A stretch of 64,000 bases of DNA from a virus (taxonomy: Duplodnaviria; Caudoviricetes). Position numbers and translations under genes: made by a program. Location: IMG/VR virus record IMGVR_UViG_3300043803_000445, positions 498-64,497 of that record. The stretch is one strand, 5' to 3'. Of the stretch, positions 41,563 to 49,422 are shown piece after piece. The notes beneath the pieces were generated by a model. It made no database searches, had not been told where the DNA came from, and saw only the letters and a list, made by a program, of their open reading frames with translations. Within the stretch, counting starts at the first letter, position 1, and each line of letters begins with the position of its first letter.

Positions 41563-41733
41563 TCATTCATTGCAATGGTCTTCGTTTTTATTTAGATGTA
41601 CTTCAATATCCTTATCATTCCCCCCAGAAGTCCATACAAGTCCTCTGATCATTTTCAGATTTTCCTGTAAATCACTCTGTGGCACCTGACTTAATATTTC
41701 ATTGCCCTTAACTGAAATATTATACGTATTCAT
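41563..41733 (-). CDS. Hypothetical protein (56 aa)
   Basis: Not in ORF track; MNTYNISVKGNEIL...; GAGGA RBS, overlaps the upstream ORF end. Confidence 0.5.
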   Translation of the reverse strand: MNTYNISVKGNEILSQVPQSDLQENLKMIRGLVWTSGGNDKDIEVHLNKNEDHCNE

Positions 41734-41905
41734 CCTCTTCTATCTTTCGGAGTAAATCTTCAATCTCTTCTCTTAAACTATCATTGATCACCAATATTTT
41801 ATCAGTATCTAAACGATGCTGTATCGTATCAATCAATAAGTCTTTCTCATAATCATCAAAATCTAATTTCATTGTACTTTCAGGGCATTTTTTATTATAT
41901 ATCAT
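41720..41905 (-). CDS. Hypothetical acidic protein
   Basis: ORF track; probable start at MKLDFDDY. Confidence 0.5.
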   Translation of the reverse strand: MIYNKKCPESTMKLDFDDYEKDLLIDTIQHRLDTDKILVINDSLREEIEDLLRKIEEDEYV

Positions 41906-41907
41906 TC

Positions 41908-42648
41908 TTAATATTCAACAACAAGTCCCCAAATCTTTATATTATTACTTCTTGCATTAGAAAGATTCCTAGCAAGATCATTTATTGTTTGATTTTTATT
42001 TTTTGTTTTACTATAAACTAAGTTATAATTTTCATTTACCCATTCTCTCAAATTTTTTCCCTTCCATATTTTTCCAGTTAATGTATCCGTAATTGTATAT
42101 GTCTTGCAATTTGGTTCAGATGCATTCTCAAATCTACTAATCCATCTCAAATTTGTATAATGATTGTTAAGTTTATTTCTATCAATATGATCTATCTCAT
42201 TATATTCACAAGGATTGTCTACAAATGCTTTGGCAACTAATTGATGTATTGACCTTATAATTTGTTGATAGTTTCCATCACTATCCCAAATTGAAATATT
42301 CACGCATTGATATTGATGCTCTGGATATCTTGGGTTGCCCCTAAAAGAAGGTTTTAAATATATTAATCCATTTTCATCAATCTCTCCGTATTTTCCAGTT
42401 CTATCATATTTTCCAGGTCTGCGATATGCTCTTCCATCCTCAGTAATATAATATCCAGGATATTCAGTTTCTTTCATCCCTTTTGGTATTTTTACCTGGG
42501 GATAATTATAAACTACTTTTTGTTTTGGAACTGCAATTGGCATATTCCATTGCTCTCTGGGTTTTTTCATATAAACCCACTTCCCATCCTTTTTTATATA
42601 CTTAAAACCTTTCGCATTTGTCCTAATTGTTCCTTCTGAGTAATTCAT
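41908..42648 (-). CDS. HNH homing-endonuclease-like protein (NUMOD4/HNH type)
   Basis: YPGYYITEDGR, HQLVAKAF, IDHIDRNKLNNHYTNLRW...EN; start reassigned to MNYSEG because the upstream extension runs through non-coding repeats. Confidence 0.8.
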   Translation of the reverse strand: MNYSEGTIRTNAKGFKYIKKDGKWVYMKKPREQWNMPIAVPKQKVVYNYPQVKIPKGMKETEYPGYYITEDGRAYRRPGKYDRTGKYGEIDENGLIYLKPSFRGNPRYPEHQYQCVNISIWDSDGNYQQIIRSIHQLVAKAFVDNPCEYNEIDHIDRNKLNNHYTNLRWISRFENASEPNCKTYTITDTLTGKIWKGKNLREWVNENYNLVYSKTKNKNQTINDLARNLSNARSNNIKIWGLVVEY

Positions 42649-42829
42649 AATTTTATGTGGACCTTTTTGGAGAAATTTTTTTGCTGGAAATTTTTTTATA
42701 TTTAAGTGTATTTGACTGCCAAAAGCAAGACTGTGTAGACTACAGGGACCCATTAAAATTATATACGGGGGCAACGGTTTATAATAAGAATAACAAACAA
42801 CATAAAATAACTGTCTATTATAATAAACG

Positions 42830-43260
42830 AACAATAACGAATACTTTATATTCATTACTGTGTTATTAGAATAACAAACTATATGGGGGGTGTTGCTATA
42901 ACGAACGGGCACGATATAAGTCATTATACAACACTGTCAGATTCAAATACGAAACTGTATGGGGGGTGGTATAAATGACGAAGTGCTTCTAAAGTATAAG
43001 ATATGGAGACTACAAGTTTGTACACAGTTCTGTGTACAACGAATAGTATAGCACAGGACTGAAAGAATTACAAACTATATGGGGGGTGTCATATAACACT
43101 ACTGTTGTATTGTTATACTATAAGACGAGCATATACTTATACTGTGAGTACAACGAAGTGCTATAACGAACTGTTATGTATAACGAACTCATAGGACGAA
43201 GGAGTTTATAACACGAATAGTTTTCCACAGGGTATAACGAACTCTGTGGAATATAACGAA
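42830..43260. repeat. Dispersed iteron-like repeats (T)ATAACGAA and TATGGGGGGTG
   Basis: ATAACGAA near 42834, 42898, 43163, 43180, 43234, 43253 plus variants; ATGGGGGGTG three times (about 42883, 42959, 43079); palindrome TTGTACACAG-tt-CTGTGTACAA at 43018-43039. Confidence 0.75.
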
Positions 43261-43430
43261 TAGTTTTCCACAAGTTTTCCACAGGTTTTGAATAGTTTTC
43301 CACAGGGCAATTCTTATAAACCCTTGCAAACACTACAAATCATTATAAACCTGTGGAAAACTATTCTGTGAAAATCATTACTTTCCCCTATAGGAAATGA
43401 ATGAAACCTGTGGAAAACTATTTTTCCACA
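43221..43430. promoter_or_regulatory. Cluster of cyanobacterial-type DnaA boxes (TTTTCCACA); putative origin or DnaA sink
   Basis: Perfect boxes at 43221, 43264, 43275, 43296, 43422 (+) and 43352, 43409 (-); near-matches at 43245 and 43367. Confidence 0.7.
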
Positions 43431-43504
43431 GGCACGAGACTTATAAGAATTGTCGAGATTCTGTCAATATGTGTTGTGCCAGTCCTAGGAGTGTCTGTGT
43501 GCCC

Positions 43505-43533
43505 TTGACTTTTTTTGCGGTTTATGGTATAAT
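43505..43533 (+). promoter_or_regulatory. Consensus sigma70 promoter on the plus strand
   Basis: TTGACT-17nt-TATAAT with extended TG; palindromic operator upstream at 43475-43496. Confidence 0.75.
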
Positions 43534-43749
43534 GCGGGCTTAGACAACAAGAACTAGAGGGGTTTAGAGAAGCATAAGAACAAGAACTAGAGGCATTTAC
43601 ATCACATAATATAACACTATCATTATAACACAACAAAACACTCAACTATGTTTTTTAATACATTTAATTTAATTATCAATTAAAACATTCTTACATATCA
43701 AATGATAATTATCTCTTATGCTTGAGTGTTAATCTCTTCCATCTGATCT

Positions 43750-43971
43750 TCATTGATTCAATGTAATCAGTTGTGATTGAATATCTTCAATCTCATTCAC
43801 ATCATCATACTCTGCTAAATCTACTGGATGAAACTCATTCAAATTGATTGTATTATCAGTATAGATCGGAGCATAGAATAGTTCATACTCTTCACCTAAC
43901 TTATAAACACAACCGTGATCTTCTTTGTGTAGGATAATCATTTCAGTTTTGTTGGCAGAGTTTAATAGCAT
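43750..43971 (-). CDS. Hypothetical early protein
   Basis: ORF track; acidic, ELFYAPI motif. Confidence 0.55.
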   Translation of the reverse strand: MLLNSANKTEMIILHKEDHGCVYKLGEEYELFYAPIYTDNTINLNEFHPVDLAEYDDVNEIEDIQSQLITLNQ

Positions 43972-44113
43972 CAGTAATCGAAGTAGTCAAATACTTACAA
44001 TCACCATTGGTGTTACATACGGCATAAACTTTTTGTTGAGTGTTAATGTCGTAAGTGAAACGGATAGTCATTAGATCAGTTAATGAATTGATAAAAATCA
44101 GGCACCGAGAGAA

Positions 44114-44287
44114 TTAAACTCGTGACAGTGCGTCAGTTTTTTGCTTCGGATTCTGTGTTTGTTTAATCCAGGTGGAAGTTCTGCGAGAATAAACTTGTGA
44201 AGGAAGTTTAGATTTGCCCTGAACTTCATTGATGAGTTCAATGAAGTGAATAAAGAATTGCCTCTCCATTCGTTGCTCGGTGGTCAT
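44114..44287 (-). CDS. Hypothetical early protein
   Basis: Start reassigned to MTTEQR, downstream of the promoter at 44310-44338. Confidence 0.5.
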   Translation of the reverse strand: MTTEQRMERQFFIHFIELINEVQGKSKLPSQVYSRRTSTWIKQTQNPKQKTDALSRV

Positions 44288-44309
44288 TGCTTGACTCTGA
44301 ACTTCGTTC

Positions 44310-44338
44310 ATCATAGCACGGATCTGGGGGTTTGTCAA
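44310..44338 (-). promoter_or_regulatory. sigma70-type early promoter
   Basis: TTGACA-17nt-TATGAT on the minus strand. Confidence 0.7.
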
Positions 44339-44388
44339 GGGGTCTACGGTTCTTCTACCTATCAGCATCCCTGATGGGTATGCTGGAC

Positions 44389-44616
44389 TCAGATGAGTTC
44401 GAGATTATCTACAATCTCAACCCAATAACATTTTTTATTTTCTTCATCTTGTGTAGATTTTACAAGATTCTTTTTGACAAGAGAACTCAATACACCAGCA
44501 CAAACTCTTGGATTATTAAATGGATCAAGTTCATGTAACCATCCACATTTGGGTTGGTCCATTCCTTGTGAAATGGAATTGTAAAGAAGTTGTTCTTTGT
44601 CAGTGAGTTTCATCAT
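44389..44616 (-). CDS. Small winged-helix-like protein
   Basis: LTDKEQLLY...GVLSSLVKKNLV pattern. Confidence 0.45.
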   Translation of the reverse strand: MMKLTDKEQLLYNSISQGMDQPKCGWLHELDPFNNPRVCAGVLSSLVKKNLVKSTQDEENKKCYWVEIVDNLELI

Positions 44617-44625
44617 TAAATCAAA

Positions 44626-44880
44626 TCAGAGTTGAGACAGTACCCACATCATCGCAGATACTTCCTGTTTAGTATTCCAAGGACAAACGTCTTCAGTCAT
44701 ATTTCCATTCGGTCGGAAGATTGCAACTTCATAAGTGTTCTCATTGATATTACCATACAATCCACAATTCGGTGGACCAGCAACTACACTAATCTCCCAA
44801 CCATTCTCAAACTTATACCTTGCACCAATCGCACCAGGAATACCATTCAGATGCGGTTGAAATTGAAGAAGATCAAACAT
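44626..44880 (-). CDS. Hypothetical early protein
   Basis: FENGWEISV...YEVAI motif; AAGGAA RBS and TATAAT upstream. Confidence 0.65.
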   Translation of the reverse strand: MFDLLQFQPHLNGIPGAIGARYKFENGWEISVVAGPPNCGLYGNINENTYEVAIFRPNGNMTEDVCPWNTKQEVSAMMWVLSQL

Positions 44881-44911
44881 TTGGAGTTCCTTTATGTGTG
44901 AGAGTATTATA

Positions 44912-45196
44912 TCAAATAGAATGAGGAAAACTCACTTCAGTCCAAGGAAGAGTTTTCAGTTCTTCATCGGTAAATTGAATACCATCATCAAGTCGTGCTT
45001 CATTCTTATAGAGATAGAACTGCTTAAAATTAACAACAGTCCCTCTCAAATCCCCATCTTCATCTACTTGATAGACAAGCACATCACAAAACTTATTGCG
45101 GTCCCAGGTGAGAATAGTACATTTGCGAATAGGTGCTTTTTTTCCCTCAACATCACCATAAGATGGAATGGGATAATCAGTAAAGGCATCAAGCAT
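44912..45196 (-). CDS. Hypothetical early protein
   Basis: AFTDYP...WDRNKFC; first gene after the promoter cassette at 45220-45279. Confidence 0.6.
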   Translation of the reverse strand: MLDAFTDYPIPSYGDVEGKKAPIRKCTILTWDRNKFCDVLVYQVDEDGDLRGTVVNFKQFYLYKNEARLDDGIQFTDEELKTLPWTEVSFPHSI

Positions 45197-45219
45197 TTGG
45201 AGTTCCTTTGTGTCTCTGT

Positions 45220-45279
45220 ATTATAGGGCATCCAGTGCCCCATTGGGGAGTGTAGTGTGCCACTAAAACAAGTGGCACA
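45220..45279 (-). promoter_or_regulatory. Early promoter cassette: palindrome TGTGCCACT-N6-AGTGGCACA plus TGCCC-TATAAT
   Basis: Palindrome 45256-45279, -10 box 45220-45225; type example of about 15 copies in 43.4-63.9 kb. Confidence 0.8.
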
Positions 45280-45293
45280 TCCCAACCTTAGAC

Positions 45294-45623
45294 TCACACA
45301 GTTTGATGAGACAATGCATATTTCACAATCTCAGTGCGATTGTTCTTATACTCAAGAATCAAATCTACAACATTTCGCAAATCATCAGGTTCAACTTCTT
45401 CATCATTCTCAATTGCTGCAAGTTCATTGAAAATAGAGGCAACCTCAAAATCACTATTAAACAAAATATCTCGGTGATTATCAATTTCCAGATAATCATC
45501 CACTGCATCAGAACTCAAACGACAAGGAATATCAGGTGATAGCATACCCAACGTTGCAAGACGTTCAGCAGCACCAACTACCCACAGAACTTTGCACTCA
45601 TCAATTGAAAGATTGCGATTCAT
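45294..45623 (-). CDS. Hypothetical early protein
   Basis: 109-aa ORF. Confidence 0.6.
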   Translation of the reverse strand: MNRNLSIDECKVLWVVGAAERLATLGMLSPDIPCRLSSDAVDDYLEIDNHRDILFNSDFEVASIFNELAAIENDEEVEPDDLRNVVDLILEYKNNRTEIVKYALSHQTV

Positions 45624-45667
45624 TGTATTAGGAATAAAGAAGAAAAAAAGAGAAAGGGATGTTTAAC

Positions 45668-46342
45668 TCACACCCCACAGAGTTGTTTTGCCACAGAACC
45701 AGATGCTTGACGGTTCAAAGAAACACCAGCACCTACGTTTGCACCAGAATAAGCACCAGCACCACTAGCACCATTCATCTTCTTGGAACGTCCGAATCGC
45801 ATCGTGGAGAGTTTATTCTTCACTGCATCGGCATCATCGTGAACTCGATTCTCTGCGAGTTTCATTTCCTTCAGACGTTCCGCAACTTTATCTGCAAATG
45901 CCTTACGGAAATTAAGTTTGAAACTACGAGAGATCACAGTTCCTTTGATGTCGCACATAATCTTTTCTGCTTTATGTGCAACTTCTGCCTCTTTCTCCAT
46001 CACCTGAACAAGGTAATCATAATAGAGTCGCACTTGGATTTGTTGTGCTTCACTACCGATGATTTGCAGAGACTTGGAATCACCATTCTTCATATATGCT
46101 TTTGCATCATAGAAGTTAGCAATCGCATTAGCAAGAGTGGTCAGTGCAACATTGATTCTCTTGAAAGAAACAAACTCTTCATCAAGAACTTGAGTTTCAG
46201 TTGCTTCGATGATCGTAACACCATACTGCTTGCACAGTTTATCAATCATCTTAGCAGCAGCATCTGCCTCACCCTCAAAAGAAGTTCCATTCTGAAGTTT
46301 CAGGATGGATTGAATCTTTGCGATGACTTGCTGACGATCCAT
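45668..46342 (-). CDS. DUF2786-like protein
   Basis: N-term IAKIQSILKL...EADAAAKMIDKL..QYG; C-term FRKAFA..V.ERL and AY..GA.VG..VSL. Confidence 0.65.
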   Translation of the reverse strand: MDRQQVIAKIQSILKLQNGTSFEGEADAAAKMIDKLCKQYGVTIIEATETQVLDEEFVSFKRINVALTTLANAIANFYDAKAYMKNGDSKSLQIIGSEAQQIQVRLYYDYLVQVMEKEAEVAHKAEKIMCDIKGTVISRSFKLNFRKAFADKVAERLKEMKLAENRVHDDADAVKNKLSTMRFGRSKKMNGASGAGAYSGANVGAGVSLNRQASGSVAKQLCGV

Positions 46343-46367
46343 TAGGTTCCTTTGCTTGTGTCTCTGT

Positions 46368-46425
46368 ATTATAGGGCATCCAGTGCCCCAGTGGGGGACA
46401 TTAGGGACAGTTCAGAAACCGTCCC
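46368..46425 (-). promoter_or_regulatory. Early promoter cassette (GGGACAGT-N6-ACCGTCCC variant)
   Basis: Shares a 35-bp exact repeat with 45208-45242. Confidence 0.75.
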
Positions 46426-46439
46426 TCTCAACACTGGAC

Positions 46440-46628
46440 TCAGGCAGAGATAGCATAGAGTTTGTTGAACTCATAAGCACCATCTTCACTCTCAAGTGCC
46501 TGATAAACAATCACATTCTCACCAGACAATTCAACACTCCAATCAAGTGCATCTTCTCTTGCATTATCAAGATCATCATACCATTCGGCATCAATCAGAT
46601 CAAAAGAAACAGGGCAGGAAAGAAACAT
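46440..46628 (-). CDS. Hypothetical acidic protein
   Basis: A.EDALDWSVEL.G..V motif. Confidence 0.6.
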   Translation of the reverse strand: MFLSCPVSFDLIDAEWYDDLDNAREDALDWSVELSGENVIVYQALESEDGAYEFNKLYAISA

Positions 46629-46661
46629 TGGAATTAAAGAGTAAATGAACTAGAATTAAAC

Positions 46662-46814
46662 TCAGGCAGCAACTTGTTCGGTCACTTCCTCATTCTGAAC
46701 TTCGGTGTTGCTCTCATCAGGAACAATCACATTCAGAATATCCAGAATATCATTTCCAGTCTGACCCTTGCGGAGCATACCGAGCATCACATCACGAGAG
46801 AAATCAACAGTCAT
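46662..46814 (-). CDS. Hypothetical protein
   Basis: MTVDFSRDVMLGMLRKGQTGNDILDIL; start reassigned. Confidence 0.55.
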   Translation of the reverse strand: MTVDFSRDVMLGMLRKGQTGNDILDILNVIVPDESNTEVQNEEVTEQVAA

Positions 46815-46970
46815 TTTAAGAATAATAAAGTAAGTTGGACGTTTGTGAGAAGTGATGAGGTTTGATAACAGCATACTTGCCAAGATGTCAGTTGACGTTA
46901 TCGAGGTGGTCTTATTGCCTCCCTCACCACCCCTTTAATATAGCACTTTTTGGGGTCTGTGCTCTTTTAG

Positions 46971-46994
46971 TGTGCCACCAGAACAAGTGGCACA
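46971..46994 (-). promoter_or_regulatory. Early promoter palindrome
   Basis: TGTGCCACC-N6-AGTGGCACA. Confidence 0.75.
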
Positions 46995-47030
46995 TGGTAT
47001 CATTGGACTCATGTGGGACAGATGTAAGAA

Positions 47031-47243
47031 TCAGGCAGATTCGGAGATTTCAACATAATCAAGGGATTTTACACACCAACCAGTGTCATCAGAAATGACA
47101 TCAGCAAGTTCATCTTCATCATAAACTTCCCAAACATCATCAAGAACTGATTGAACAACTGCAACTTGTTCATCATAAGGAAGTTCTCCAGAAGAATCCT
47201 CAAAATCAAATTCAATATCAGTCAGTTTGAGTAGCATTGTCAT
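47031..47243 (-). CDS. Hypothetical acidic protein
   Basis: IEFDFED...ISDDTGWCV. Confidence 0.6.
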   Translation of the reverse strand: MTMLLKLTDIEFDFEDSSGELPYDEQVAVVQSVLDDVWEVYDEDELADVISDDTGWCVKSLDYVEISESA

Positions 47244-47488
47244 ACAGTAGCAAATGGATTGGCAAGTTGTGGAATCGTGTTGAAGTCTACAACCTCATAA
47301 GGAATTGTGTGATTGAGATATTCTTGAATCTCAAGGTGCATCTCAACCCGATTGAGAAACTTCTTAGATTGAGTCTTACCCATAAAGGTAAGAGTTTTCA
47401 AACACCACTCTTTTGATACATCACCAAAAGGTGTTTTGATGGGGTAGAAATCTACCACCATTGAACCGTCTTTAGATTGAAGTCTCAT
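47240..47488 (-). CDS. Hypothetical protein
   Basis: 82-aa ORF, ATGA-coupled. Confidence 0.6.
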   Translation of the reverse strand: MRLQSKDGSMVVDFYPIKTPFGDVSKEWCLKTLTFMGKTQSKKFLNRVEMHLEIQEYLNHTIPYEVVDFNTIPQLANPFATV

Positions 47489-47491
47489 AGT

Positions 47492-47890
47492 TCAGAATTG
47501 AGTGTCAAAAACAAAACCATCAACATAAACACAATCGAGATTGTCAAAGGTAGTTTCCCAGTCAATCTCAATAAAAGCAGGGAAATCAACAGAATAACAA
47601 TCAGTTACGAATTGTTCTGCATAATCTCCTTTAGATACATATCCACCACCACGGAAAGCATCTTCAAACTTCTCTACATTGTCAATGCCAAACTCTTCAA
47701 TGAAGATGTCTGCTGCCCTATATGATTGAGATTCACCAATCTCAACATATTTTACATAATACTGCACAAGGTTATCTTCACCATACTCAGCAATGAAATC
47801 ATAGATGTCATCTTGAGCATAATTTTCAGATACAAGTCCATTGATGAACTCTACAGTGGATTCTTTGAGTTGAACTTGTGTTTCGGTCAT
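47492..47890 (-). CDS. ArdA-like antirestriction (DNA mimic) protein
   Basis: Highly acidic; C-term DAFRG..Y.S..DYAEQF...FPAFIEIDWE...L...VDGFVF resembles the ArdA C-terminal domain. Confidence 0.55.
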   Translation of the reverse strand: MTETQVQLKESTVEFINGLVSENYAQDDIYDFIAEYGEDNLVQYYVKYVEIGESQSYRAADIFIEEFGIDNVEKFEDAFRGGGYVSKGDYAEQFVTDCYSVDFPAFIEIDWETTFDNLDCVYVDGFVFDTQF

Positions 47891-47951
47891 TGGTTTCTCA
47901 ACCTTCAATGCAATCATTGTAGCACCTCAGCAGGGGGTTTGGGGGATGTAG

Positions 47952-47975
47952 TGTGCCACTAGAAGAAGTGGCACA
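47952..47975 (-). promoter_or_regulatory. Early promoter palindrome
   Basis: TGTGCCACT-N6-AGTGGCACA. Confidence 0.8.
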
Positions 47976-47992
47976 TCTTAACATTGGACTCA

Positions 47993-48409
47993 TCAAAATT
48001 GTTCTTTGATTAGTTTAGAAAGTTCTTCAAAAGTAGAACCTGAATCGTTCAGATTGGCAATCTCATCGTGATAGAACCAATCATCTTCATCATCCTCAGG
48101 TGAGACATCAACTCGCACTTGAGGATTCTTGAATGTCATTCCTGCCCATTCTCTTACAGAGTCTGGCAGAAACTCACTCTCTCCATCAAAATACCAATAG
48201 TCCATTCTATCTGGAGATTCCTCATCAGAGTTTTCTGAATAACCCTTGAAGTCCCATTCTTTATTTTGTTCTTGTGCATACAAATCACAGAGAACACCAA
48301 GGCAACAATAACCTTCGGCACCTCGGAGTTTCTCACTACCTTGTTCGTATTTGCCAGAAAGCAGTGCGTCAATCCACTTTTCTTTGACTTGGGGATTCAT
48401 TTTATTCAT
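47993..48409 (-). CDS. Conserved phage hypothetical protein
   Basis: KWIDALLSGKYEQG...YCCLGVLCD...LND.G.TF.E. Confidence 0.65.
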   Translation of the reverse strand: MNKMNPQVKEKWIDALLSGKYEQGSEKLRGAEGYCCLGVLCDLYAQEQNKEWDFKGYSENSDEESPDRMDYWYFDGESEFLPDSVREWAGMTFKNPQVRVDVSPEDDEDDWFYHDEIANLNDSGSTFEELSKLIKEQF

Positions 48410-48584
48410 TAGAGTCTTCATTGAAGTCAAACCATTCATAAAGAGAGTTAGTTACACCATCTATGATATTATCTACAACAGCATCCTCGTGAGGATTCTC
48501 AACGTGTTTGTGGGCACGATTGTATCCATACCTCACACCTTCTTCAATTGCTAATTCTAATACTTTGCGAAAGTTAGGTTTCAT
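48402..48584 (-). CDS. Hypothetical protein
   Basis: AIEEGVRYGYNRAHKH. Confidence 0.6.
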   Translation of the reverse strand: MKPNFRKVLELAIEEGVRYGYNRAHKHVENPHEDAVVDNIIDGVTNSLYEWFDFNEDSNE

Positions 48585-48793
48585 TAGTTTACAGCAAGGA
48601 CAAGATTGGCAACTCTGTTTTCTGGTTGAAACTCTTGCAGTTTATCATAAATCCGTTGAAATTGATTCTGCATACTCAGATAATAACTAGCAAGATGTGC
48701 GTTATTTTGATTAAAGTAAGCATCATTCTCATAGTATTCAAGAGCACTGATAACATCAAGCAACTCACCAGAAGTGAAAGAAATAGAAGTCAT
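48584..48793 (-). CDS. Hypothetical protein
   Basis: Coupled small ORF. Confidence 0.55.
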   Translation of the reverse strand: MTSISFTSGELLDVISALEYYENDAYFNQNNAHLASYYLSMQNQFQRIYDKLQEFQPENRVANLVLAVN

Positions 48794-48990
48794 TTGATGT
48801 CAAAGATGTCGAACAGTTCTCGTTGAGTCTGAGTGAATAGTGTATCCTCTTGGGGATACTCATACAATTCCAACTGAAACTCTTTGTAATGATAAAGAAT
48901 GTCTCGCAGAGCAAGCAGTTGTTTCTCAGTCAAAACTTCTTCAATAGTCAAAACAGTGTCAATCATAGTTTCAGTAATCACTCCCATCAT
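48790..48990 (-). CDS. Hypothetical protein
   Basis: Coupled small ORF. Confidence 0.5.
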   Translation of the reverse strand: MMGVITETMIDTVLTIEEVLTEKQLLALRDILYHYKEFQLELYEYPQEDTLFTQTQRELFDIFDIK

Positions 48991-49192
48991 TTGTACATTG
49001 TTGAATCCAATAAGAATAGCACGGAAAGTTCAGTGGATGATCTTTCTGCCGTTGATACCAATTAAATGCAAGATTCAATCGGTTTTCAGGAACCTTCAAG
49101 TAAGGAATACTTGATTGAATCGGGACGTAAGTCATCGGACTTCCTCAACCATAATACTATAATACCACAACCACGGGTCTGTGCTCATTTAC

Positions 49193-49216
49193 TGTGCCAG
49201 TGCTACAAGTGGCACA
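49193..49216 (-). promoter_or_regulatory. Early promoter palindrome
   Basis: TGTGCCAGT-N6-AGTGGCACA. Confidence 0.75.
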
Positions 49217-49230
49217 TCGTATCATTGGAC

Positions 49231-49395
49231 TCACGTTAAATTGTGTATAAACTTTTTTAACAGGTGTTTGCCCTTATCTATATCAAAACGATTATCCATT
49301 GTAACCATCAGTTCCAAAATTAAATCTGCATAACATTTTGGAACTCGTATGTGTGTTGTTTCTCCTGACTGTGGAAATTTCTTTGTGAATGGCAT
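49231..49395 (-). CDS. Small ribbon-helix-helix-like protein (54 aa)
   Basis: Not in ORF track; MPFTKKFPQSGETTHIRVPKCYADLILEL..., beta-strand (THIRVP) followed by helices. Confidence 0.45.
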   Translation of the reverse strand: MPFTKKFPQSGETTHIRVPKCYADLILELMVTMDNRFDIDKGKHLLKKFIHNLT

Positions 49396-49422
49396 AATTC
49401 TATGTGGGACACATAATATAAT

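Noticed and set aside
42649-42924. N-terminal 92 aa of the 338-aa HNH ORF
   Set aside because: Low-complexity Y/V-rich translation of non-coding repeats; MNYSEG at 42648 is the plausible start
43150-43430. CRISPR-like or mini-array reading of the repeats
   Set aside because: Repeats are 8-13 bp, in both orientations and irregularly spaced; no constant repeat-spacer periodicity and no cas genes
43118-43645. ORFs 43118-43333 and 43418-43645
   Set aside because: PVEN peptides are simply translations of the DnaA boxes; no RBS; they overlap promoters
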